Below are positions 16,992-26,443 of a stretch of DNA of 64,000 bases, piece by piece. The stretch comes from Candidatus Kapaibacterium sp. (lineage in GTDB: Bacteria; Bacteroidota; Ignavibacteria; Kapaibacteriales; UBA4661): assembly GCA_025455065.1 (NCBI GenBank), contig JALONG010000011.1, forward strand, positions 27,738 through 91,737, given 5' to 3'. A program made the translations under genes and the position numbers. Below the pieces are notes generated by a model. The model was not told the DNA's origin, did not search any database, and saw nothing but the letters and a program-made list of their open reading frames with translations. Numbering within the stretch: position 1 is the first letter of the stretch; the number at the start of each line of letters is the position of its first letter.

Positions 16992-17921
16992 ATGACAACC
17001 TTCAAACTCACAACGCCCGTTGCGATGATTGTTTTCAATCGTCCCGAAACAACCGAAAAAGTCTTTGCCGAAGTCCGCAAAGCGCAACCGCCGAAACTCC
17101 TTCTTGTTGCCGACGGCGCACGTGCCGGACGCGAAGGAGAAGCAGAGCGCTGCGAAGAAGCCCGCAAAACGGTGCTGGATAAGGTAGATTGGGATTGCGA
17201 AGTTTTGACGAACATCGCCCCGCAAAATCTGGGCTGTCGTGGCAGGGTTTCAAGCGGCTTGGAATGGGTTTTTGAGCAGGTTGAAGAGGCGATTATTTTG
17301 GAAGACGACTGTTTGCCACACCCCAGTTTTTTCCGCTATTGTCAGGAGATGTTGGAGCGTTACCGCCATGACGAGCGTATTGGCGTTATTTCGGCAGCAA
17401 ATTTCCGTGTCAAACGTGAAACACAGTACAGCTACTATTTCTCGCGTATTCACCCCATCACAGGCTGGGCTTCGTGGCGGCGTGTTTGGAAAAATTATGA
17501 TTTGTCCATGAAGATTTTCCCTGAAGTCCGCGATAACGGCTTGCTTGCGGATATGTTGGGCGATGATTTTTCGGTGAAGTATTGGACGAAAATTTTCCAA
17601 TCTGCCTACGAAGGGCATGAATCCACGTGGGATTACCAACTCACCTTTTCCGTTTGGATGCAAGGGCAACTTGGTATCATTCCGAATGCGAACCTCATCA
17701 CCAACATCGGTTTTGGCGCAGAAGCTACACACATTACCGACGCAGACCACCCGACGGCAAACGTTCCTTTGGAAGAAATGTCCTTCCCGATGAAGCATCC
17801 GCCTTACATCATCCGTGAAATGACCTTTGAAAAATACGTCCAAGATTACCTTCTCAAATGGTCGCTCGGCTATCGTATTCGCCGCAAAGCAAAACAACTT
17901 TTGAGCGGGGCGAAGCATTGA
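16992..17921 (+). CDS. Glycosyltransferase family 2-like protein (HlpA-like).
   Basis: MIVFNRPETTEKVF N-terminus and EDDCLP motif, resembling GT2-like / hemolytic-protein-HlpA-like glycosyltransferases. It lies next to the sugar epimerase. Confidence 0.5.
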   Translation: MTTFKLTTPVAMIVFNRPETTEKVFAEVRKAQPPKLLLVADGARAGREGEAERCEEARKTVLDKVDWDCEVLTNIAPQNLGCRGRVSSGLEWVFEQVEEAIILEDDCLPHPSFFRYCQEMLERYRHDERIGVISAANFRVKRETQYSYYFSRIHPITGWASWRRVWKNYDLSMKIFPEVRDNGLLADMLGDDFSVKYWTKIFQSAYEGHESTWDYQLTFSVWMQGQLGIIPNANLITNIGFGAEATHITDADHPTANVPLEEMSFPMKHPPYIIREMTFEKYVQDYLLKWSLGYRIRRKAKQLLSGAKH

Positions 17922-17924
17922 CCA

Positions 17925-18401
17925 ATGACCATTCAACCAACCCCCATCACCAACGACCTCCGTGCCGCACTGCGTGGAAAGCGTATTGGTGCTTTGGATT
18001 ACGGGCAGAAGCGCATTGGGTTTGCGGTTGCCGATGAACTGCATATTTTGGCTTCGCCGCGTGGTTTCTTTGCAAATGTGAATGGTAATGCGGAAGTGCT
18101 GAAAAGCGAGTTAGAAAGAGCTTTTGACAGGGAGCGTTTGGGAGCGTTGATTGTAGGAATGCCGTTTCAACATGACGACACCGAAACCCCGATGATGCAG
18201 GAAATACGAGGGTTTATCAGGTTTTTAGAAGAAACGTTTTCATTGCCGGTGTATATTGTGGATGAAGCCTATTCCAGCCGTGAAGCCATGCGTACAATGA
18301 TACATTCGGGGAAGAAAAAACGTCATCGCGCCGAAAAAGGACGTGCCGACGAAGTAGCTGCAGCCTTGATTTTACGGGAATTTCTCCGTGAATTATCGTA
18401 G
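17925..18401 (+). CDS. ruvX: Holliday-junction resolvase-like YqgF/RuvX.
   Basis: RIGALDYGQKRIGFAVADEL...LIVGMP motifs of the YqgF family. Size is 158 aa. Confidence 0.85.
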   Translation: MTIQPTPITNDLRAALRGKRIGALDYGQKRIGFAVADELHILASPRGFFANVNGNAEVLKSELERAFDRERLGALIVGMPFQHDDTETPMMQEIRGFIRFLEETFSLPVYIVDEAYSSREAMRTMIHSGKKKRHRAEKGRADEVAAALILREFLRELS

Positions 18402-18514
18402 AGTGATTCTCGCAAGACCTTCCTCACGAAAAAAATGTGGAGAATCAACATTTTCTTAGTATCTTGATTCCCTGTCAATACACGATTCCCGCACCATTGT
18501 CTGCGATTCTCGGT

Positions 18515-20260
18515 ATGAATTTCCTCTCGCAATCTTCCTTTGCTTCTTTTATGCACCGCCGTACCGTACTGTGGAAGTTCAGTATTTGTGCCATTGTTAC
18601 GCCGATACTTTTCAATTTGACCTCCTGCGGAACAGTTCGGCAAGAAGCCGCAGCACAGCGTACACCTCGTACCAATACTCAGTCCCCGTTACCCTCCTCA
18701 TATTCGGCACTGTTGCCGTCATTGGCGGATTCCGTGCAGTACCAACCCGGAAAAGCGCGTGATTACTACATCAAAGGCGCAACGCTGCAAATGCAGGAAC
18801 GCCCCGCAGAAGCAATTTTGGAGTTTCAACAGGCGCTGCGCTACGATAATGCTGCTGCGATTCACTTCGCCATTGCGCAAAACTTCGTCAAGTTGAATAA
18901 ACAAGACCTAGCGTTGGAAGAACTCCGCACAGCCATTACGCTGGATTCCAATTTTACGACCGCATACAATCTTCTGGGCGAACTTTATACGCAGCAATTC
19001 CGTGTGGATGAAGCGATTACGGTCTATCAATATCTCGAATCCCACGAACCCGATGACATGATGAACCGTTTTATGCTTGCGAGATTGTACGAACTCCGCG
19101 ACGCAGATAAAGCCATTGCACTCTATGAAACGCTTCTCACCGAAACCGATGAAACCGACGGCATGATTTTAGCGCGTCTGGCGGATTTGTACACGCAAAA
19201 AGGCAATAGTGCCAAGGCGCTGGAATGTTTAGAAAAATTGCAACAAACCGCGCCCGATAACCAAGCCGTACTGTTTACGCTTATGGAAGCCTATATGTTC
19301 CAAAAAAAGTACGAGCAGGGCTTTGAACTTTTTAAGGCTTCCGAACTTGTCATTAGCGACAACGACGCAATTACACTCGCATTGCGCTACGCAAACGGCT
19401 TGCTGACGGACTTCGATAATTCCTTAACCGCCCGCACTTACGCCGACAAACTCCTTGACCGCTTGGAACTCAAAAACAAAGCAGGTTACGCAACGTCGTG
19501 GCAAATGCAGATGATGAACGGTGTTTTAGCAGGGCATTTAGACCGCAACACGCGGAGTAGTGCCTATTTCGACCGTGCGCTGGATATAGCCGACTCGCTG
19601 CCGGAAGTCCCCTTGCAAATTTGCGCGTTTTACTTCCAAAAACAGCGTTTTGGCGATATGCTTCGCGTCGCAGAGCAAGCATCGAAGCGCTTTCCAAAGA
19701 ACGGGCAGGTGTTTTTTCTTTGGGGATTGGGGTTATCGCAAATGGACAGTTCTGCACGGGCAATTACCGTTTTGCAACAATCGGTGAAATTTGATACGAA
19801 TAATCTGGATGCGTGGAATCAATTAGCGATTTTGCACAGTTCCGGTGGCAACATTGCGGCTTCCGATGCCGCATACGAAAAAGTGCTGCAAATTGACCCT
19901 AATAACGCTCTGGCAAACAACAACTATGCGTACTCGCTTTCTGAGCGCAAATTGCATCTTGAACGCGCCCAAACGATGATTGAAAAAGCGCTCAAATCCG
20001 AGCCGAAAAATCCGTCGTATCTCGACACGATGGGCTGGATTTTATACCAACGCGGCGAGTACAAAAAATCTTTGGAATACATTTTGCAGGCTATTGAGCA
20101 TGGCGAGGTCAGCGCAACGATTTACGAACATCTGGGCGATGCCTACCAAAAATTAGGCGACCGCGACAAAGCCGCCCAAGCATGGCGCGAAGCGCTTCGC
20201 AAAGACCCCAATCGCCCGTCCTTGAAAGAACGCCTTTCCAGCGACACCGCCAATAAATAA
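18515..20260 (+). CDS. TPR-repeat lipoprotein.
   Basis: Lipoprotein-type signal ending ...LFNLTSCGT, then multiple TPR repeats throughout. The track start at 18437 is GTG; the first ATG is at 18515. Confidence 0.7.
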   Translation: MNFLSQSSFASFMHRRTVLWKFSICAIVTPILFNLTSCGTVRQEAAAQRTPRTNTQSPLPSSYSALLPSLADSVQYQPGKARDYYIKGATLQMQERPAEAILEFQQALRYDNAAAIHFAIAQNFVKLNKQDLALEELRTAITLDSNFTTAYNLLGELYTQQFRVDEAITVYQYLESHEPDDMMNRFMLARLYELRDADKAIALYETLLTETDETDGMILARLADLYTQKGNSAKALECLEKLQQTAPDNQAVLFTLMEAYMFQKKYEQGFELFKASELVISDNDAITLALRYANGLLTDFDNSLTARTYADKLLDRLELKNKAGYATSWQMQMMNGVLAGHLDRNTRSSAYFDRALDIADSLPEVPLQICAFYFQKQRFGDMLRVAEQASKRFPKNGQVFFLWGLGLSQMDSSARAITVLQQSVKFDTNNLDAWNQLAILHSSGGNIAASDAAYEKVLQIDPNNALANNNYAYSLSERKLHLERAQTMIEKALKSEPKNPSYLDTMGWILYQRGEYKKSLEYILQAIEHGEVSATIYEHLGDAYQKLGDRDKAAQAWREALRKDPNRPSLKERLSSDTANK

Positions 20261-20285
20261 TTCTCCACCGTTTTTTCCAAAGACC

Positions 20286-21158
20286 ATGACCGAACAGCGC
20301 ATCACACGGGGCTTGAAGGCTATTCAGCTCTCAAGAGCAGCAATCACGACGCAGCACGTTTTTCCGTTTCGTCTGCGGCATCTTTCCTTGATGCTGCTGG
20401 GAAGTCTCATCATTACTGTACTGTGGAGTTGCGGTACAGCAACCACCACCACCACAACCACCGCAGCCAAAGGCAAGCGTCCGGCAAATTTTGTTTTGGA
20501 ACAAGCACTCGAAAAGCGCTCCCAATCTATCAATGCGCTTCGGGCGGAGGGAAATTTGGCGGTCGAAGTAGATGGAAAAAAGCAACAAGCGCAATTCGTG
20601 GGTTCGCTTTTGAAGCGCGATTCGCTTTTGCTGACTGTTACGGGACCCTTCAATATCGCAGTGGCAAAAGTCGGCTCTACACCCGATTTTATGAACTACT
20701 ACGATGCTCTTTCCAATACGGTGTATCAAGGCGCTCCCACACAGAAAAATTTCCAAACACGGCTTGGAGTGCCGCTTTCGCACAACGATATTGCCTGCTT
20801 TCTGCGCGGCGAAGTGCCGGGCGGTTTTACGGGCTTCACGGTGGAATCCGTTGCCGGAGACAGCGAGGATACTTACATTCGTCTGCGCGACACTGTAACC
20901 GAGCGCGTGATTTATTCCCACAGAGCAGAAAATATCATCTCCTTCAAGCGCGTTGGCAAAAGCGGTGCAACGCTCATTCACACACGCTTTAGCAATTTCA
21001 ACACATCGGAAAATGTGAGCGTTCCGCATGAGGCGTTTGTGGTTTTTCCTGCCATTAAAGCAACCTTCAGCGTTCAATGCCGTGCGGTGGACGTTAATCC
21101 CAAAGACCAGAAATATAGCTTTGTTCCTCCCTTGGAAGCGAAACGGCGAAAGCTATAA
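20286..21158 (+). CDS. DUF4292-like lipoprotein (LolB-fold) with a poly-Thr linker.
   Basis: Signal plus Cys (VLWSCGTATTTTTTTAAKG), about 290 aa. Its position immediately downstream of a TPR lipoprotein is typical of Bacteroidetes DUF4292 genes. Confidence 0.55.
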   Translation: MTEQRITRGLKAIQLSRAAITTQHVFPFRLRHLSLMLLGSLIITVLWSCGTATTTTTTTAAKGKRPANFVLEQALEKRSQSINALRAEGNLAVEVDGKKQQAQFVGSLLKRDSLLLTVTGPFNIAVAKVGSTPDFMNYYDALSNTVYQGAPTQKNFQTRLGVPLSHNDIACFLRGEVPGGFTGFTVESVAGDSEDTYIRLRDTVTERVIYSHRAENIISFKRVGKSGATLIHTRFSNFNTSENVSVPHEAFVVFPAIKATFSVQCRAVDVNPKDQKYSFVPPLEAKRRKL

Positions 21159-21225
21159 GACTCCGGCAAACGAACAACTACACACACAAGGGTGAGGCTC
21201 TTACGTCTTCGTAAGGGTCTCACTG

Positions 21226-24090
21226 ATGGATAAAAACCTGCGTTCTATGCACCGTTTTGGTTTCCTCGCAGCCCTTCTTGTGGCTTTATTCCTAGCGTTT
21301 GAGGTATATTCTCCGGCGACCGCCCACGCACAGCCAACATCTCGCAAAAACCGTACACTACGCATCACAGCAAGCAATTCTACCTCCGCTACTCTCAGCA
21401 CCCAAGCTACTGCACCAAGCACGAATGCCTCTTCCAAAGCCGCTTCAATCCTTGATTCTTTAGAAGCAGCATCAGAACGCAAGCAATCAAGCAGTGTGTC
21501 GGCAAAACCTTCTTCCCGTGACAGTTCTGCGCGGTCACAAAACGGCATTGACACGATTGTTACCTTTGTGGCGCAAGATTCTATCATCTATTCCCTCAAA
21601 GGGCGCAAACTCCGCTTGCGCAACAATGCGTATGTAAAAAATCAAGCACAGACGCTTTCGGCGGAAATTATCGAAATGTACTTCGACCAAGGAATGATGA
21701 GGGCTGCAAGCGGACGAGACCCTGCGGGGCGCGTTATCGGTGTTCCGAAATTTGCCGACGGCAAAGAAACCTTTTACGGCGCGGAACTGACCTACAATTT
21801 TCGCAACAAACGCGGTACAATCTCGCTTGCCGAGACGAAATTTGGTGAGGGTTTTTTCTTCGGCGAAAAAGTGAAGCGCGTTGATGATTCCACGTTTTAC
21901 CTCAAAGACGGCTGCTACACGACCTGCGACAAAACACACCCGCATTTTTATTTCAAAGCGCCGCGCATGAAGGTCATCATGCCCGACCGCATCTATGCTG
22001 ACCCGCTTATTGTGTATTTCAGCGACATCCCGATTTTCGCCATCCCCTTCGGGCTGTTCATGGAAAATAAGTCCGGCAGGCGTTCAGGTATCGTGATTCC
22101 GCAGGTGTTTATGTCCGGTCCGATTGGCGACCAGAATTCACGCGGCATTGCCTTTGAGCGCTTCGGGTATTATTGGGCAATCAACGACACGCTGGATGCG
22201 GAGTTTACGGGTTCGTACTACACCAAAGGCGGGTGGCTTGCCGGTTTTAAGGGCAATTATTTTTTCAATTCCCGCTTCAATGGCGCATTAACGCTCTCCT
22301 ATGGACAAGGCGGTTTTACGCCGACTGCCAAACCGACGGAGAATTGGCGCGTGAATTGGCGGCACACGTGGGACATTACACCCTTTACGAAAGTTAGCGG
22401 CTCGATTGACGTGAGTTCAAGCGGCTTTTTCTCGCAAACGCAGATTGACGCTCGGCAACGCACGCAACGCGGCATCACCTCACAATTCAACATCAATCAC
22501 ACCTTTGATAACGGTTTGCCCTTGAGTTTGAACTACAACCGTTTTCAAGATGTGCTGACGGGTGAAGTCCGCCAAACGGTGGTGAGCGGAACAAATATCC
22601 CGCAAGTTTTTCCCTTCCGCGAACTCGCACGGGCAATTCCTTCGCTGGAACTCAGCATCCCACCTGATTCGTGGCTGAACGACATTCAGTTTTCGTATAG
22701 CGTCAATGGTCAGGCGAATTTTATTACGCCCAGCGACTCCTTGCTGCAAGGTGAAACGGAAGTTGATAGACAACGCCGCATCGCCCAAGCCCGTGCAAAC
22801 CCCTTCACGGCGAGTATTCGACACTCTCCCAGCATCAACATCGCTCCAAAACTTGGGTATTTCGTGCTTTCGCCGTCCGTCACGTACAATGAAAATTGGT
22901 ATTTTCGCCGCCTCGTAAGCCGCACACCTTCAACAACAGGAACATTATTGCGGGATTCGACCGAACAAGGATTTTTCCGTGAATACGCGATGAGTGCAAA
23001 CCTCAGTTTGGCAACGACGCTGTACGGCATTGCAAACCCGCGTATTTTGGGTATTAACTCGCTTAGGCACACGCTTCGTCCGCAAATTTCGCTGAATTTT
23101 GCGCCAAATTTCCAAGACGACCCCAATCTTGCCGGACGCTACACCGACACCAGCAACGGAAACCGAATCCCAACCGTGTATTCGCGCTATGCGTTGGACG
23201 GTGGAGCAACGCCGTCTCCGCTTGTGGCGGGGTTTGGTTGGTCGCTGGGAAATAATTTCGAGGCGAAAATTCAGCAGGACACGGCGGAGAAAGTGATTCA
23301 ACTGATGCAGGTGAACTTGAGTGGAAGTGCGAACTTAGCATCTACCTCAAACCAATGGAGTCCCATTTCCATGAATTTCAGCAATACCTTTGGCGATGGT
23401 TTGCAGTTCTCCGGCACGGCGAATTTCAGCCTTTACGACCGCGCCATAGTACGGAGAGGCGAGGTGCTGACGTATCAAGAAACGGATACTTTACTTTTGC
23501 GAGCCGGCAAGGGTTTTTTGCGGCTTTCCAACCTCAGTTTCAGTTTGAACTACCGTTTAGCGGGAAACTCCAGCAATAACGGGCTGCAAGGCGGTTTGAC
23601 GGCATCCGGCAGCACTCCGCGCGACACGGCGGCAACTCAAGGACGGAGCGGTGATGAAGCCTCGCTGGGCGCACGATTCCAGCAGCGCATAGACAACACC
23701 TACGACCAAGCCGACGTATTCGGCGACAGTTCCCCCGGCTATGCGCCGATACCGATTGAGTGGAGTTCTAATTTAAACGGTTCGGTGAGTTTTACGCCGT
23801 CCTCCGTTGTGGGCGCTCCGGCAAGTATTAGCGCAATTATCAATGCTGATTTGACGGCAACCATTGATAGAGTCTGGCGTTTCAACACAAATTTTGGCTA
23901 TGACTTTGTAACCGGCACTATTACTGCGCCCTCGCTCAGTTTGACACGCGATTTACACTGTTGGGATTTGGCATTTCGCTGGCAGCCTTTTGGCGCTGTG
24001 CCGGGCTATTTCTTTCGCGTCGGTATCAAAATGCAGCAGCTACGCGATGTGCAGTTCACGCGGCAGAATAACCCGTTTTTGCGGCAGTAA
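21226..24090 (+). CDS. lptD: LptD/OstA-like outer-membrane LPS-assembly protein.
   Basis: Signal peptide, an OstA-like N-terminal domain (FVAQDSIIYSLKGRKLRLRNNAYVKNQAQTLSAEIIEMYFDQG), and a large C-terminal beta-barrel. Size is 954 aa. Confidence 0.7.
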   Translation: MDKNLRSMHRFGFLAALLVALFLAFEVYSPATAHAQPTSRKNRTLRITASNSTSATLSTQATAPSTNASSKAASILDSLEAASERKQSSSVSAKPSSRDSSARSQNGIDTIVTFVAQDSIIYSLKGRKLRLRNNAYVKNQAQTLSAEIIEMYFDQGMMRAASGRDPAGRVIGVPKFADGKETFYGAELTYNFRNKRGTISLAETKFGEGFFFGEKVKRVDDSTFYLKDGCYTTCDKTHPHFYFKAPRMKVIMPDRIYADPLIVYFSDIPIFAIPFGLFMENKSGRRSGIVIPQVFMSGPIGDQNSRGIAFERFGYYWAINDTLDAEFTGSYYTKGGWLAGFKGNYFFNSRFNGALTLSYGQGGFTPTAKPTENWRVNWRHTWDITPFTKVSGSIDVSSSGFFSQTQIDARQRTQRGITSQFNINHTFDNGLPLSLNYNRFQDVLTGEVRQTVVSGTNIPQVFPFRELARAIPSLELSIPPDSWLNDIQFSYSVNGQANFITPSDSLLQGETEVDRQRRIAQARANPFTASIRHSPSINIAPKLGYFVLSPSVTYNENWYFRRLVSRTPSTTGTLLRDSTEQGFFREYAMSANLSLATTLYGIANPRILGINSLRHTLRPQISLNFAPNFQDDPNLAGRYTDTSNGNRIPTVYSRYALDGGATPSPLVAGFGWSLGNNFEAKIQQDTAEKVIQLMQVNLSGSANLASTSNQWSPISMNFSNTFGDGLQFSGTANFSLYDRAIVRRGEVLTYQETDTLLLRAGKGFLRLSNLSFSLNYRLAGNSSNNGLQGGLTASGSTPRDTAATQGRSGDEASLGARFQQRIDNTYDQADVFGDSSPGYAPIPIEWSSNLNGSVSFTPSSVVGAPASISAIINADLTATIDRVWRFNTNFGYDFVTGTITAPSLSLTRDLHCWDLAFRWQPFGAVPGYFFRVGIKMQQLRDVQFTRQNNPFLRQ

Positions 24091-24233
24091 TGCTGTGTAG
24101 TTCTTCCTGTCGCATTTGCTGTGTTTGGTGAAAATCCGACAGTCCGCGCCGAAGACGGCAAGCGGACAGCCGGATATGTTCACGCCGAATTTTTGTGAGA
24201 AGTTTTGCACCTTTTGCTGCGGTTTACTGGGAT

Positions 24234-25154
24234 TTATTGCGGCGCAATAAAATCCTGTGGGATATTTCCTTTGCCGACAATATCAATGAAAATGCTGAGA
24301 AGCGAGGGTTGCACACGTTCAATTTTCGTCAGCGCAAGATGTGGCAGTAATTGGGGAATAAACTCATTGAGCGTTACCGACGGCTTCAAATCTATTTCGG
24401 CATAATGAGGAAAAATTTCTGCTTTGCTGACGCTCTCCAACGACGCAATAAATTGCCCGTCGCCTTCAAATTCTAGGTGGACGGTATTCGAGCCGAAGCG
24501 CTGTTTTACGCCATCCACCGTGCCTTGCACAACGGCTTTTCCTTTGTTGTAGAGGATAATTTCATCGCAAATTTTTTCGGCAGATTCAAGCTGATGTGTG
24601 CAGAAAATAATCGCCTTACCGCGCTGCCGCAAATCCAGCACCACATCTTTGAATTTGAGTTGATTCACGGGGTCTAATCCCGAAAATGGCTCGTCCAAAA
24701 TAAGTAATTCGGGGTCATGCAGCACCGCCGCGATAAACTGTACTTTTTGCTGATTCCCCTTCGATAATTCCTCAATCTTCCGCTTTTCCATGCCCTGCAA
24801 TTCAAACTTCGCCAACCACTCGGAAACAAGCGCTTTGGCGTTTTTGGTGGGATGTTTCAGCGAGGCGAAATACAAAAGCGTGTCGCCGATGGTGCTTTTT
24901 TTGTACAAACCGCGCTCTTCGGGCAGATACCCAATAACGCTTTTGGTATGTTCGCCGACAGCATCACCGTTGAAGGTAATTGAGCCTGTATCGGGTTTCA
25001 GGATGTTCAAAATCATCCGAATTGTGGTAGTTTTTCCGGCACCGTTCGGTCCCAAAATTCCCATAACCATACCGGGTTTGACGGAAAATGAAATGCCATC
25101 AACGGCTTTGAGACCGCCTTTGTAGGTTTTGTGGATATTTTCAACAACGAGCAT
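24234..25154 (-). CDS. ABC transporter ATP-binding protein (GldA-like).
   Basis: Walker A GPNGAGKTTT, ABC signature LSKGNQQKVQF, and Walker B LLILDEP. Confidence 0.85.
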   Translation of the reverse strand: MLVVENIHKTYKGGLKAVDGISFSVKPGMVMGILGPNGAGKTTTIRMILNILKPDTGSITFNGDAVGEHTKSVIGYLPEERGLYKKSTIGDTLLYFASLKHPTKNAKALVSEWLAKFELQGMEKRKIEELSKGNQQKVQFIAAVLHDPELLILDEPFSGLDPVNQLKFKDVVLDLRQRGKAIIFCTHQLESAEKICDEIILYNKGKAVVQGTVDGVKQRFGSNTVHLEFEGDGQFIASLESVSKAEIFPHYAEIDLKPSVTLNEFIPQLLPHLALTKIERVQPSLLSIFIDIVGKGNIPQDFIAPQ

Positions 25155-25417
25155 AAACGAAGAAGAAAAAGAGGGTGAAGAAAAGCGTACAATCGTGTGC
25201 AGGAAAATAGCGATTTACTACGGAAAAATGGGAAAAATCTATGGAAATGCCAAAATTTTCCGTAAATTATTATTTTGTGTTCTTCACAAAGTTTGAACTT
25301 TATTTCTCTGTTGTAATGAGACTTTTCACATTGTAGAGGAATTGTTTCTCGTATTGCTGCAAACCGAAAGCAGCCGGAATCCTGACAATCACCATTTCAT
25401 CACGGTTTTTTCACATT

Positions 25418-25906
25418 ATGAACACGATTTATCTTGTCCGACACGGCATCGCGGAAGATACCAACTTGCTGCGCCCGGATTCCGAACGCGCTTTGACTCA
25501 AGAAGGCAAAGAAAAAATGCACCTTATCGGGAAACGCCTTCGTCAAATGGGCATAAAACCTCACCTCGTCATCTCCAGTCCCTACAAACGCGCTGTGCAG
25601 ACGGCAGATATTTTGGTGGAAGAATTAGGCTACACCGGAGAACGATTCCAAGACAACCGCATCACGCCGAGCGCCCGTTATGAAGCCTTTTCCGCGCTGT
25701 TTCAAGAGTACAAAAGTTTCCGTGAAATTATGTTTGTTACGCACGACCCGTGTGTAAGTTTCCTTACCGGACAACTTTGCGGCGCGACGAATTACAATAT
25801 TGACTTCAAAAAAGGTGCTGTGGCTTGCATCGGCATTGGTCGCCAAAGTCCGCCAGCAGGCACGTTGCTGTGGTATGCTCCGCCGAAACTCTTGATTACA
25901 GAGTAA
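25418..25906 (+). CDS. sixA: Phosphohistidine phosphatase SixA (histidine phosphatase superfamily).
   Basis: IYLVRHGIA N-terminus with the catalytic RHG motif. Size is 162 aa. Confidence 0.8.
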   Translation: MNTIYLVRHGIAEDTNLLRPDSERALTQEGKEKMHLIGKRLRQMGIKPHLVISSPYKRAVQTADILVEELGYTGERFQDNRITPSARYEAFSALFQEYKSFREIMFVTHDPCVSFLTGQLCGATNYNIDFKKGAVACIGIGRQSPPAGTLLWYAPPKLLITE

Positions 25907-25939
25907 TCTTGGAATTTTTTCATCTCACCTTCCTACACT

Positions 25940-26437
25940 ATGTTTACACTTGACGAAAATCTCCGTACCCTCGACAAAACCTCATTTTACAAAGAACTGC
26001 TTCAGCAAACAAGCGGTTTACTCCATGATGAGCGCGATATGATTGCAAATATGGCAAACATCGCATCACTGCTGTTTCATTCAATGTCAGAGATAAATTG
26101 GTCAGGGTTTTATCTTTGGAAAAATGGCGAGTTGGTGTTGGGACCGTTTCACGGCAAACCCGCGTGCGTACGCATTGCCATGGGACGCGGCGTGTGCGGA
26201 ACGGCTGCGGAACGGCGTGAAACGGTCGTTGTGGAGGATGTTCACGCATTCCCGGGGCATATCGCTTGTGATGCCGCTTCGCGCTCAGAAATTGTTGTGC
26301 CGCTTGTGAAAAATGGAAAGCTCGTCGGTGTTTTGGATATTGACAGCCCCATCGAAAGCCGTTTTAATAATGACGACAAACAAGCATTAGAGCGCCTTGC
26401 GGCGGCATTACTGGACGGTTCGGATATTGCTGATTAA
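25940..26437 (+). CDS. GAF-domain protein of the free methionine-(R)-sulfoxide reductase (fRMsr/MsrC) family.
   Basis: FYLWKNGELVLGPFHGKPACVRIAMGRGVCGTAA...EIVVPL is a characteristic fRMsr sequence with the conserved Cys residues. Confidence 0.8.
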   Translation: MFTLDENLRTLDKTSFYKELLQQTSGLLHDERDMIANMANIASLLFHSMSEINWSGFYLWKNGELVLGPFHGKPACVRIAMGRGVCGTAAERRETVVVEDVHAFPGHIACDAASRSEIVVPLVKNGKLVGVLDIDSPIESRFNNDDKQALERLAAALLDGSDIAD

Positions 26438-26443
26438 CGGGTC

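Noticed and set aside
21181-21225. Imperfect hairpin GTGAGGCTCTTACG / CGTAAGGGTCTCAC between the DUF4292 gene and lptD.
   Set aside because: There are several mismatches in the stem and no U-tract. The genes are co-oriented and likely co-transcribed.
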